Both the position numbers and the translations under genes were made by a program. A stretch of DNA of 64,000 bases from Tricharina praecox. Taxonomy: Eukaryota. The stretch is taken from contig NW_026250409.1 of NCBI RefSeq assembly GCF_024521635.1, forward strand, positions 1,054,001 through 1,118,000, in the 5' to 3' direction. Below the pieces are notes generated by a model that saw only the letters and a program-made list of their open reading frames with translations, made no database searches and had not been told where the DNA came from. Shown in pieces: positions 36,527 to 49,035 of the stretch (positions are counted from its first letter, which is position 1; every line of letters begins with the position of its first letter).

Positions 36527-37645
36527 TCATTCCATCGCCGGCCACTCGGGCCATTCGGGCCACTCGGTGATGGGCTGCTCCAGTCGCCGCCTGCTGCATC
36601 TGACAGCCTGTTGGCCCTCGACCTCCCCTTTCCTCTTGTCTCCGCAGACACTCCCCAGCCCGCTCTTCATCATAGAATCGTGATGCCATCCCCAATAGCC
36701 CATGCCCGAATTTCCCGGTACCCTCGTACCATACTGCAGAAGCACTTGCCTCACCTCCCAAAACCCGTTTTCGGTAGCTCTCTCCATAGCCCCAGGCAGA
36801 ACCCCAAATTCTCCCACCAAAAGCTTAACCACCTGCACCCTTCCCATCCCCGCCGCGATGAGCAGCGGACACTCTCCGTAGAGATGAGCCCCCGCCTTGA
36901 GCAACTTCTCCACGATCCTATCATAGCCCCTCTCGGCAGCCAACCACAGCGGGGTCCTATCCCTCCCATCGCAGTGATTAACGAGCTTCTGGCCGCCGGC
37001 CTCCGCCTCCAGCAGCAGCCGCACCATCTCCTCATGCCCATTCCCACACGCCCAATGCAGCGCCGTCTTCCCAAACTTATCGACGACCCTGACCTCCGCG
37101 CCGTTCTTTAGCAGCAGGCGCACCAGCGCATTCGACGGCGGGGTCGGCGGATACGCCAAGGTGTGCAGCACCGTGCGCTCCGCATTATCAGCGCGCATTA
37201 TATCCGCGCCAGCGGCGAACAGCCGTGCTACTGCATCGACATCGCCCGCAGCGACAGCGACATGCAGCGGCGTAGACCCGAGGGAGTCGGCGGCGTTAAC
37301 GTTTATCGCCGGGAGCGCCAGCAGCGCGGCCGTGAACTCGGGGTGCACGTGCTTCAGCGCCACGTGCAGCGGCGTCTGTCGGATGCGGTTGACGGTGCTG
37401 TGGCACAGCGGCAGCAGAAGCGTGAACACGCGTGCGCGGTTGTGCTGGATCGCCCAGTGCAGCACCGTCGAGGAGTCGTGGGAGAACCGGTGCAGAGGCG
37501 CGAGTGCGTACAGCGCGCGCGTGTACACGATGTGGAAACGTCGGCTGGTGAGGGTCAGTGCGCGCAGCGTCGCGGGGGAGGAGGCGATGAAGCCGCCGAT
37601 CTTGTAGAGTAGCTCCGTGGGGAGCGTGGGCAGTGATGCTGGCAT
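36527..37645 (-). CDS. F-box-like and ankyrin-repeat protein (372 aa)
   Basis: N-terminal LPTLPTELLYKI..LRALTLTSRRFH (F-box-like). About 7 ankyrin repeats (TPLHVA, TALHWAC, TPLWLAA). Confidence 0.85.
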   Translation of the reverse strand: MPASLPTLPTELLYKIGGFIASSPATLRALTLTSRRFHIVYTRALYALAPLHRFSHDSSTVLHWAIQHNRARVFTLLLPLCHSTVNRIRQTPLHVALKHVHPEFTAALLALPAINVNAADSLGSTPLHVAVAAGDVDAVARLFAAGADIMRADNAERTVLHTLAYPPTPPSNALVRLLLKNGAEVRVVDKFGKTALHWACGNGHEEMVRLLLEAEAGGQKLVNHCDGRDRTPLWLAAERGYDRIVEKLLKAGAHLYGECPLLIAAGMGRVQVVKLLVGEFGVLPGAMERATENGFWEVRQVLLQYGTRVPGNSGMGYWGWHHDSMMKSGLGSVCGDKRKGEVEGQQAVRCSRRRLEQPITEWPEWPEWPAME

Positions 37646-40600
37646 GACGGTTGGACGGGCGGCGGTGGCGGCGGCGGCGGGGAGGGACGGACGGACGGAC
37701 GGGTTGTGCGGGCTTTTTTTTTTTTTTTATGTGTGGTGGGTAACTATCTGGCTTGGTGAAGTGGGGGATGATGGTGGTGCTGTGGCGGCGCGGAGGACAT
37801 TTCTGCATGCGAGAATGGGCGGTAATCTGTCTGATTCGATCTCGATGTGCGGCTGTAAGACAGCTACCTATCCCCTCCCCTCCCTCGTCCAACGAATGGA
37901 ATCATGCGACTGTGGTTGGTGCAGGGAAGCGAGACAAACATGGGCGTGCATTAGGGATCTATGCAAGCAATTCGGTCCATATTTTGAGATTGGCCGAAGC
38001 GTTCACAGAGGTATTTGCTCGATATCAATACCCGAATTCCGGCATGACGGGCTGAAAGGTTCGTGCGAGAGTGTCGTCGGAGGCCGAGCTCGTGGGGGAT
38101 GCGGGGACGCGGGGGGGCGTGGGGACGTGGGGGGACAGGGGAGTGGAGCTCAGCTCGAGCACTCGAATTTCTCCATACGACTCTAGGTCCATCCTTCCTT
38201 GTCACCACCGCCGAACTGGCCCCACGGCAATGGCCACCACATCTAGACGACAACAAGGGCAGTGACAACAATGGTCGAGGATCGATCCACGGACATGGGG
38301 AAGAGGGTTGAACATCGAGTGTTTGCCGTCGAAAGACGAAGGAGAGTGTACCGTGTACGTATGTTTTGGGCTGCAAAACCGCGTTGATTCGGAATCATTA
38401 ATGGTCGTCAACAGGAGTACTCTACGCACTACCACGAACGCCGAGAGAAACATGGGTCTTCAGGCTTTTGGAATACGAGGCTCGGCGCTGCAAAAGAATT
38501 GGTCCCGAGCCCATGGATCGCTCGCGAGAAAGAGCGGGGTCTAGCTTCCTGCAAGACCGAGCATAGAATGTTTAGTTGAGATCCACGGTGGATAAATAGG
38601 TAAGTCATGCCCCCAAGGCCTTGGACGAGCGAAGCTGATAAGGCGGATCAGATGGATGTGTTGCATAAACAAGTGCACCCCTAATATAGTACACGAAGAT
38701 CACGCTTGGAAGTAGCGGTTCTCGACAACGACGACCACGTCGACGGCGTCGACGGCGTGCTGCAGTTGATTGTGTCTTTGACTGGCTGGTCGAGAGAAAA
38801 CGGGTCTAGATCTCGTCTGATGTTGGCTTCAGAACACGGGGTACTATCACAGGATCGATGTCGTATCCCTTCTGCGAATCCCCGTTTGCCAGTGGGTCGG
38901 TTATGCCAAGGGGTGCTAATATATACTGGATCATAGTGCATGGCTCGATCCATCTATGGATAGTGCTCGTGGAATTTTACGAGTGTCACCTTGAGTTTTT
39001 TCTGGCTTCAGCGGACGGCCATAAGCCAGGAGAGCTCACAAGATTCTACCTACTCTCCTAGCAGGAAGCCAGAGGGAAATTCTTAGGGTGGACACTCGGT
39101 TCCACCTGTCGCTTTTGTTCGTCACCGCCCCGCAGCGAGAGAAGACCCGGAAGAACAATGGAGGCGACTGGTATATAAATCTAGAATTCACTCAAACCGG
39201 ATGGTGTGTGCCCAGTCGGCAGGTGATGGGTGGCAAACGGTGTCTTGGCCGATCACGACTCGAACATCAAAATTGGAAGCACCTCCTATTTGTACAATTG
39301 CAGTGGCAACACTACGGTCGCTGAATATCCTCTTGCCTTCTGGCACCAGCTATCGTCCGTGAAGTGGGTGTTTACTGACAACTCACTCGCTTCCACCAGG
39401 CAGCAATGAACGTTAAGCTGGACAAGGCAAAGCAGCGAATTCACGGCGAAGCCGAGCTCGAGGAAGCCCAGATTGCCAACTACTAGTTCTTGGCGATTTT
39501 ACTCTGCAGCATCGGTCCATCGGCTTCCTGCGTTCGCTAGTACTGTCTTTAGTTGGTTTGAGGCAAACTTCTACACAGTGTGTGCGCAGGGCTATTCACG
39601 TTGAATATACTTCACGGCGAGTGCACAATAAACCATTCGCGAGTGAAGCGGGATTATCTTGGCTACATTTTCGGATATCAGCTTCGTTTGTGGCGCTCAT
39701 CGTGTCTTGCAATGTGATCGATGACCCGTACGGTACAGTCCGTACGCAGTGCTGCAAGCTGTATATGCGGGAATGGCTGTTGGAGTATTTATTCCAGCCT
39801 GACATCCGAAGTCTTCCGGTACATACAGCTGTTATACGTGATACCTAACAAGTGCAAGATGTCTAGTGGGACACTGGGCTGTGGGTCGCCGTTGACACGG
39901 TCCGGAAGTCTGTCTCTGGGAATTGTACACAAGCACTTCGCACTGCGCGCGATGTGGCGACGGTTCGGCTTGAGCATGGGGCAGCTTGAGCATGGGGCAG
40001 CTTCACGGTCCGGTTCGTAGGGATGGTCTTAGTTACCTATGTTACTACTTTGTACCTAGTACATTCCGAGCGACAAAGAGTGTTAATCGAGACTCGCAAG
40101 CGAAAGGCCTTGTGGATCCCAGGATCCGCGTTTGGGATCTCGACGGTTGTTTTCGGTCCTCGCAATTCCAATTATGACTGTGCAGCAAGGCGGCGGGATC
40201 CACTTTTGGTGAGAAGCGGACGGTTTAGGTAACAGCACTCTCTATTCCATACGAACACGCATACCCACCTTCCTACCCTTACCGGCCATAGTTAACCTTA
40301 TACATAAGGTTCCATGCTATGTGAATCATCAACCTAAATTCCACCGACCCTTGTGTAGAGTACACGAGTACACAAACGTTGGAGGCAGACTTGATGCCTT
40401 GGCGTCCACGGAGCACAGCGCCTTCTGTTATTACAGACTGTCATATTACAATCTTCCTTATTCCCACCGCCGCCATGCCCAGCTGCTATCTCCACCTCGC
40501 ATGTCGCCAGAATTAGAGCCGGACACACCGGCGGTATCTCCTCCACTTTCCAGGGCCTGGCGATTCCTCCACGCCGATCCACAACACCGGGTCACGGCTA

Positions 40601-42360
40601 GTCATGACTGACACCTACCTCCAGACTCCTACATACGGTCTACCTACCTACCTAGCCTCCATGCCATGAACTATAGATATCGCAAGATACAGCCGGCGAT
40701 CTAAGACCAGGATTGGCCGGCGAGAAGTCCACAACCAGGCCTCTCCATACGCCCAGTGCGCATTGCCCACCCCATCCACCCCGAGCAAAGCGTCCGTTTC
40801 CCCCCCCCCTGGCCGTCGGAATGCACGCGACGCGAGTGCTCACAGAGGTTAGCAGCCTTCACGCCTCAGCTGAACTTTTGAAGTCGTCAACTATTGATAG
40901 CGCAGATTATTGGTGGGTTACCCGAGTCCTACTGTCTACTTACACCTTATTCGGGTCTGGTGCGGGTGCCCCATTGGCCGAGCCGCGACGAGGTTGTCTC
41001 TCGTTTTTCCCTACACTTTTCCCCTGCACGCATGCAAGGGGCAGGTGCCATCCAGGACACTCGCGAACTTTGCCCGTCTCCCTTTGGAAAAGGAAAGAAA
41101 AGGGTAAAAAAAGGAAAGGGTAAAAAAAATAGGGGAGAACAACATCGAGGACATTGGTGATGATGGTGATGCGCGTGGAAACACGAAGAGTTTCGGACTT
41201 CAGCCCGAGAAAAGAGAAGGATCTTCGCCGCCGGACTTTGTGGGGCAGCATCCAAACAAGCTTCTCTCAATCTGCTAGCGAGCGCGGTGATCTCGCGGGC
41301 CGAGAGGATTTGTACTAGAATTGATCTACACACCGTACCGGTACCGGTAGCTGGGTGAGCCCTGTTACCTGTAACTACGGTATAATTGAACGACACGTGC
41401 GATAACTATAACTGCCTAGTACTTAGGTGAGTAAACACACTGTTGTCAACCATCTCACCGGCCGTGATCTTCGTTTCGTCAGAGAAGTCAAATTGTTTCG
41501 TTCCAACTTGGGTGTGATTAGCTGATACGATCTTGCCCGACGCACAACAGAGGTCGCGGAGGGGAGGCCGATTCCATCAATGCATCCGCGCCAATATTGT
41601 CACAAATGGTTGTGTCCTAGCCCAAAAGCAGCTCTACGCCTTCGTTGCCTTGTTGGGCTTGGGCGGGACGGCCTCGCGTTTGCTGGCCAATACCTGAAGC
41701 CCCGTACCTGGACGAGAGACATCATCGACAGAACGAGCGCATCCAAAGGGTTGTGAACCGTCCATCACGGCCACTGTGCCTAGGATGGGAATGAGAATTT
41801 CCGGCGGGTGGAAGTCCGGTTACCGAGATGAACGCCGGTTGGCCACGATTCAGCATCGAGGTCGGTACGATATGTGGCGCTTGATCGGTTCACCGTTGGT
41901 GTTCCTAGCAGGGGAACGGACTCACGGAGGGCAGAATGGATATGCAGGCCGGCCAGCCAGCAGGCCACTCGCGTTGTCGCCACGGTCGCGAAGGTCTCGC
42001 AGGGAAGCGGCCAAACAATTGCCAGCATTGATACCCACAGCCGGGCTCCCTGGAGTATTCCCCCTGGGATCCAGAGTGTTCTAAAGTGTCACGGGCCGCA
42101 GTCTCGCACGGCGGACAAGAATACTCTTCCTACGGTCACTTCGAGCGGCGGGTGGGGGGTCACCGCCAGTCTCTCCCCATCACTCCTCGTATTCTCTTAG
42201 CCAACAGAGGACTGCCTGCTCTAGTCGCGCTTGGCTGTATCAATGCAGCTCTCGCAGATGGTTATGGCGCTTTGTGATCTTGTGGGGCTTTGCACTTCCC
42301 CTTTAGTTCCTTTTTGCACAATCTTCGAGGCGCACAGGCATGGCCACTTGCAGGTATTGA

Positions 42361-42366
42361 TATAAA
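42361..42366 (+). promoter_or_regulatory. Candidate TATA box of the multicopper oxidase gene
   Basis: TATAAA 181 bp upstream of the ATG, followed by a C-rich leader. Confidence 0.45.
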
Positions 42367-42410
42367 GGCCTTGGGAGAACTTCTAGCTCCTCACAGCTCA
42401 CCCCCTCCAG

Positions 42411-42433
42411 CCCCCCCCCCCCCCCCCCCCCCC
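42411..42433. repeat. C23 homopolymer in the presumptive 5' leader
   Basis: Read directly from the sequence. Confidence 0.9.
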
Positions 42434-42541
42434 ACGGCCACCACTACACACTGTCATTATTGTGTTCCGGACAGAACATTCATTCATTGCTTCACGACAA
42501 CCTCATCGGGCTGAGATACCTAACATCACGCCTACCTCACC

Positions 42542-45221
42542 ATGAAGTTCAGTCCTGGAGTGGTTGCGAGCCTGTTGCTCGCGTTGGCTCCTAGAGCCAT
42601 TATTGCCGGTGACGATGATTGGGAATCTCCGGTGGTATGTTTTCCCAGGTTGCCTCATCTTTGGGTTTACATGACTGACAATATGCTTCGTAGTACAATA
42701 ATTTCTTTGAATTTCCACTGCCTATACCCCCTATAGCCGTTCCACAGGCGTAAGTTCTACTCCTTCATCTTCTCCCTTCACATTTGTCAATGCAATTGGC
42801 TCCCGTCTCGTGTTCAGCCCATGATCTCCGCATGATACTACTCGTCCCTGCACTGCTCCGCATGCATGCAAAAAAAAGATGAGCTCCATAGATATATCTA
42901 GCGATATTAACTCGGTTATCTCTGCAGAACGTATATCAACGAGACGACCGGAATTCCGATTGATTTCTACGAGATTCGCATCCGATCCTTTGAGCATCAG
43001 GCATATCCAGACCTTCAGCCGGCCATAGAGGTCGGCTATGATGGAATCAGTCCAGGTCCTACGTTCATGATACCACGTGGGCGCGAGTGTGAGTTTCCAC
43101 TTTCGCTTTTGTGACTCGTGTCCATCGATGCTGATGGACTGGCAGCCTTGGTGCGCTTCGTCAACGAATATAACAGAAATTCGGCCATACATCTTCACGG
43201 TTCTTTTTCCCGTGCCCCTTTCGATGGGTGGGCGGAAGACACGATCGCCCCTGGGCAGTACAAGGTTGGTTTACTTGTAGATGTTCCGTATGTTGGCATG
43301 GTATATTGACATCTTTTCCCCAGGACTACTATTGGCCGAACAAGCAGGACGCAAGGACCATGTGGTATCACGACCACGCAATGCACCTCACTGCTGTCAA
43401 CGCGTATTACGGACAGGCTGGCTTCTACATTGTCTACGACCCCGAGCAGGAAGCGCAGCTGGCTCTTCCCCAGGGAGATTATGACATTCCTCTCATGCTT
43501 CTGTCGAAACAGTACAGGGCCGATGGTACCCTGTTCTCACCTGTAGGCGAGACTGATAGTCTGTGGGGTGATGTTATCCACGTCGTGAGTACCTCCTTGT
43601 TTGCAGAGACAGCCCCTATCCCACATAGTTCCTAAAGCGCACGTTTTGCTGACATGAGAATTTACAGAACGGACAACCATGGCCGTTCCTGAACGTCGAA
43701 CCTCGCAAGTACCGTTTCCGACTCCTTGATGCTTCCATCAGTCGTGCTTTCCGTCTGTCTCTCGTCGAAGCTGGCACGACTTCCCGCATTCCGTTCACCG
43801 TCGTCGCTTCGGATGCCGGTTATATGGCACGTCCGGTCGTTACCGATGACCTGTACCTCTCCATGGCCGAGCGATGGGAGATCATTGTGGACTTCGCCGC
43901 GTACCGGGGAAAGAGAATCACCATGAGGAATTCTCGCGATGTCATGAAGGACGAGGATTACGCGGGGACCGACAGAGTGATGCAGTTCGTGGTTGGCAAT
44001 ACCGTGACAGATAATTCCAACAATGGAGGTGCGCCGAGCTCCCTGATCAACCTCAACATGCCCCCGGCAAGATCCGGAGTCGACCGCAGCTTCAAGTTCG
44101 AGAGGCACAATGGTGTGTGGCAGATCAACGGTGTTGGTTTCGCGAACGTCGAGAACCGTATTCTGGCGAGGCCTCCGCGTGGAAGTGTTGAGGTCTGGGA
44201 GCTCGAGAACAGCAGCGGTGGCTGGAGTCATCCCGTCCATATCCATCTCGTCGATTTCCAAGTTCTCTCGCGGACGGGAGGAAGGGGCCAGGTCATGCCT
44301 TACGAAGCAGCCGGTCTTAAAGACGTCGTTCTCTTGGGAACCAACGAGAAGGTCAGGGTCCTGGCTAGGTACGCGCCTTGGGACGGTGTTTACATGTTTC
44401 ACTGCCACAACCTGGTGCACGAGGACCACGACATGATGGGTGCCTTCAACGTTACTGCGCTCAAGGACTTTGGCTACCCGGAGACCACGCGCTTCATCGA
44501 TCCGATGGAAGAAAGATGGCGAGCGGAGCCCTACACCGGAACAGACCTCCAGACGATCCGCACCGAGACTCTGCCTTTCTTCTCGTCCCTCGATGCCTAC
44601 GCCAGTTCGGACGATGTCGATCAAGCGTTGTTCCAATACCATCTTACCCGCATTGAGGGTGATGACAGCTCTTCGACGTCCACCACATCGTCGACCAGTT
44701 CCAGTACATCCAGCTCGACTACGACGACGGAGACGACCAGCACCACACCGACCACCACGCCGACAACCACACCGACAACCACGCCGACCACCACACCGAC
44801 CACCACACCCACCGTTACTACACCGACCGCCACTCGCACCCCTACTACTACACCGACCACCACTCGCACCAGCACAACGTCTACCAGGAGGTCCGGTTTG
44901 ATTACAGCTGGGCCGATCACGAGGACCACAACGAGATCCACCTCCACAACCAGGCCGACCACCACTACTCGATCGACCTCTACGACGAGAGCGACCACTT
45001 CAACTCGGCCCACCACTACCGCCCGACCCACCACCACGTCCACAACGCGGAGAACGACTTCCACCACTTCCACTCGTAGGACGACTTCCACCACGTCCAC
45101 TCGTAGGACGACTTCCACCACGTCCACTCGTAGAACGACCTCCACGTCCGCCCGGAGAACGACCTCCACGCGCCGAAATAAAAGGGCCAGGCGTACCGCC
45201 GTGCCCGTCGTGCTCAACTAA
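42542..45221 (+). CDS. Secreted multicopper oxidase, bilirubin oxidase/CotA type, with Thr/Arg-rich tail (747 aa); exons 42542-42634, 42694-42749, 42928-43088, 43146-43264, 43324-43584, 43668-45221
   Basis: Signal peptide MKFSPGVVASLLLALAPRAIIA. Copper motifs IHLHGS, MWYHDHAMHLT, HPVHIHLVDF and YMFHCHNLVHEDHDMM (axial Met). The spliced length of 2244 nt is in frame. Confidence 0.92.
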
Positions 45222-46244
45222 GTTCTGGTTCGTACTGTAATCATAGAATGGGGGTAATCTCAATATTAATTTTTTTTCTTGCATTTTTTGGAAATTCAGC
45301 AGCATTTTTCACGCGCGTGTGTGTGGTCGGTCTTTTTTTGGACGGTTAATTGGGAAACTTCGGGAGTTGGGATTATTTCGTTCTTGTTTCCCGTCACTCA
45401 TTTGGGAAATATCGAAATGGATGCATAATGTTTGTTTGGTATTTGGGTTTTTTCTTCTTTCTTTCGTCTTTTGTTCTAGCTAATAATTTCGCTCCTTTGG
45501 TTTTGTGGTAATAAGTTGCTCAACCGCAAGCCCTTATTTTCACTCACGTGGGAATATGGATGGATGGATTGACGGAATCACCTCCGTTCCCGTTCCCGCC
45601 CCTTCCCTTATTAGCTGCACCCTATGGCTCAGCCCTCCAACGGGACGGACGGACTCGTTATACCCCCACCACTATTAATTTAATCGAACCCATTTACAAC
45701 ACGAGCCGGTATGATGAAGATGATGTATGTAGAGTATGTAATGCGCGTGGGCTGGGCATATAATGGGACGTCATAAAGCCACGAAATTTAGCGCCACGCG
45801 AGCCTGGTTTTTTGCCTTTTTCTCGCACCTGTAGGGTTAGTTTGCTTAACGTTCCTTCCCCTGTAGGCTTTCACGCACGCAAGCGAGAGGTTATTACCAA
45901 CCTCTCGGCACTGTTTTATTAGTAGGCTTAGTGGTAGTGCAAAACGGACGGACGGACAGATAGCGAAGATTGGGGATTGCTGGCGCGGTCATAGGGCTGT
46001 GGCAGATATCGTAGATTCGTGGGCGGCGTTGGGTACGGCAAGGGGGCTGCGGCGAGTGAGGCTGCGGCGATTGGTAGTTATACGTTTTACACAGCATTGG
46101 CACGAAGACTGCAGTTCTGACGAACAAGTGCAATTGCAACTGCAAGCAAAGCAACCACAAAAAAAACCTAAAAACGTTCATTACACCATCCCCCCTCCCC
46201 TTCCCCACGTGGCTGCTACATACCCATATCCCCAGCCCTCGCAA

Positions 46245-46823
46245 CTACTTCTTCTCCCCGAGCATCTTATCAACCGCGCCGCCAATCTTCCCCTCACTAG
46301 TGAACTGCTTCCCGACAGGCCCGTTCTTGTCCAGCACGCCGCCCTGACCCGCACTCTGCACCGTAGATCCAATGCTCCCCTCCGCTAAATCACCCAAGGA
46401 AATAAAAATCACATCAGCAACCCCAGCTTCTCCCCCGGAACGGGCGTGTCGGTGCGGCGGGGGTCGGGGACGGGGCGGGCACTGGGGGCAGGAAGGGGTT
46501 CCTCACATTTGAACTCTTTCCCCACAGCGCCTTCGGACGTGAACGCCTTCGCCGGGTTGTGGCCGCCGTGGTGGTCACGCATTGCCTTTTAAAAAAATTG
46601 CCGGTGGTGTCAGTATACATATATAGGGTGGGGAGGAAAGTGGGGGAGAGAAGGGGCGAACCTTAGCAGCACTGCCGCGAGGCTCGAGGGTCGCCGGAAT
46701 CTCGTAGAAGCCGTCGGTGAGGTCCTGCGACTGCAGAGTCTCCGAGGTGCCGAATTCGAAGCCGGCCTCGCCCCGCGTCTTGGGCTTGATCTTTGAGTCG
46801 TTCTTGTGGAAGATGTCGGACAT
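46245..46823 (-). CDS. Small Gly-rich fungal protein with G-x-V-G-K-x-F-x-S-E-G repeats (126 aa); exons 46823-46662, 46585-46507, 46384-46245
   Basis: Spliced translation MSDIFHKNDS..GSAAK^AMRDHHGGHNPAKAFTSEGAVGKEFK^SEGSIGSTVQSAGQGGVLDKNGPVGKQFTSEGKIGGAVDKMLGEKK*. Both introns are GT..AG and in frame. Confidence 0.8.
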
Positions 46824-47304
46824 TTTGTTGTTTTTGCGTTGTATGGTTATGTGGGTGGTGATATTGTTGTTATTGTTGGATTGAGTGTGAGTGATTGATG
46901 TGGTTCGGCCGTGTGCTGATTATATATACGCCCATCGTGAAGATCCTCACGTCATACGTGAGTGTGACGATACCATGATGAGCTCCCTCTCCCCAGCCTG
47001 GGAGAGCGGCCGCTGGCCAATCACACTCGGTTGACGTAGTTACGTAGTCAGTACATACGGATGCCTGCCGTGTCGTCACTTTTCGTAGGGCTGCATGGGC
47101 ACCGGCAATGGGCATGTGCGACTCGGCCAGTACCGGTATCGGGTGGCTGCACTTCACGTGCGTATTGTACACTACATATGGAATTCGAAACGTATGGATA
47201 CACCTTACTTCAATTACATCTTATATAGGTGCTCTATATATTCTGTCCACATTACAGATACAGTACTCTATATAATCCACATGCTCCTCGTCTCTGCAAC
47301 TACT

Positions 47305-49035
47305 CTATACGGCACCAGTCCGTGGCGGAACCTTGAACCCGCCCTTGACGAGCTTCGTCCATACGCCGTCGGGATCGTATTTCTCCTGCACCTTTCGGAT
47401 CTTTTCAATGTTCTCCTCTCCGTACGTCGCGATCGGGTCCATCTCGTCCCATGCGTAGTTCATGTAACTATCGTCATCAGCACCACCACCACCACCACCA
47501 CCAGTTTGTCGGGAAGGAGGGAGACTCACATAAACTTATCAAAATGCCCAACCTCCTTGAGATACTCCGTACTACGTCTGGCAATCTGCCTGGCGACCTC
47601 CCGCACTGCGCCATCGTCCTTCTCATTAGGCCAGCCGATGAAGTTGTGCACTTGGAGATACTTGACACCCTTCTTCAATCCCAGGACATTGTCCCACCTC
47701 CCCTGCTCTCCCACGGGAATGAAATTCAGCGATGCAGCGAAGCCCGGGATGGTCTTCACCGCTTCCGTGTACACCTCCTCGACGATCTCCACCTGCCGCT
47801 TCAACACCTCCTCGGTCGGATTGATCATCATCCACGGAACCTGCATCTGCCTCGTGACGGTAGGCGGCACCATCTCCGTGGTCAACCCGGCCACATCCCT
47901 CGGCGAAGCAATGGTATTGAAGATCTCCTCCTTCTTCTGCGCCGCGATCATCTCGCGGAACGCCTCCGGGGGTCCGGCGATCGCATCGCGGTAGTAGTAG
48001 ATCCCGAGACAGAACTTCCCCACCACCATGTTCCCGTCGCCAGCGTCAACGAGCTGCATCGCTATGCCAGCGATCAGATGCGTCTTCACGTCCTCGATGC
48101 CCGTAGCCATAAACTCGGCCACTCCCTTCGACAGCGCGGGGATGGTGCCGGAGCCGCTGAAGATCGTCCCGCCCCAGATGGGCGTGGCGGGGAAGAGCCG
48201 GTACGTGAAATTCGTGACGAGCGCGAACGGCGCGCCACTGCCCTTCAGGGCAAGGAACATGTCCGCATAGGACTCGGCATTGACGGTGATTATCTTCCCC
48301 GCCGCCGTGACGACTTCGTAGGAGACGATGTTGTCGGCGCCGAAGCCGTGCTCGTAGAGGTGGAAGGACAGCCCTCCGCCGAGACTCAGTCCGCCCACGC
48401 CGACGGTATTAGCGCGGCCCCCTGCCACCGTCACGTTGCTGGTAGCGAGCTTGGCGTACGCCTCTCCCCAGGTGTTTCCCGCGCCGAGGACCGCGGTCCC
48501 CCCGGCGACATCGATGTCGATCGTCTTTATTGCGCCGAGCGAAATGAGAACGCCCGAGGACGTCGACGCGAACCCGTGGTTCATGCTGTGGCCGCCGCTG
48601 CGGATCGCAAACTCCGTCGACGTGGACACCATAGTCCGCACGCCGAAGGCTACCGCCGGCGTGTCGCGCGGCGTGAAGATGCAGTAAGGGTGCGCTTCCG
48701 TGTTGTTTGCTACACCACCGAATATCAGTCACTGCAGTTGGGCCCTCCATCTCCCCGGGGAACGGAGGGAGCGAGAGATGGAGAGTACGGACAGTGGAAG
48801 CCATTGGCCTCTGCGTATGCCGTTGTCCCCGGCATCGCGGTATCGTCCGGGAAGGCTTTCGAAAGGATCGCACACTACACTCCGTTCCGCCCATTAGCAT
48901 CACTCATCCCCCATCGCCATTTCCACCGATTGATCGGTAACCCACAGCATCATTCTTCCCTCCCACTCCCAAATACATCCCCACACCCGCCGTCAACACA
49001 GCAACCCCAATGAGCGGTACAGTAAACTTCGTCAT
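47305..49035 (-). CDS. Secreted FAD-binding oxidoreductase, berberine-bridge-enzyme/AA7-like (504 aa); exons 49035-48946, 48874-48793, 48709-47530, 47467-47305
   Basis: Hydrophobic N-terminus, PYCIFTPRD, FAIRSGGH (His-FAD), VGVGGLSLGGG, DNIVSYEVV, DMFLALKGSG and C-terminal YMNYA..YG..IRKVQEKYDPDGVW. Confidence 0.88.

Noticed and set aside
44621..45217. Val-rich - strand ORF
   Set aside because: Antisense of the Thr-rich oxidase tail.
47451..49013. 520-aa + strand ORF
   Set aside because: Antisense shadow of the GC-rich FAD oxidoreductase gene.
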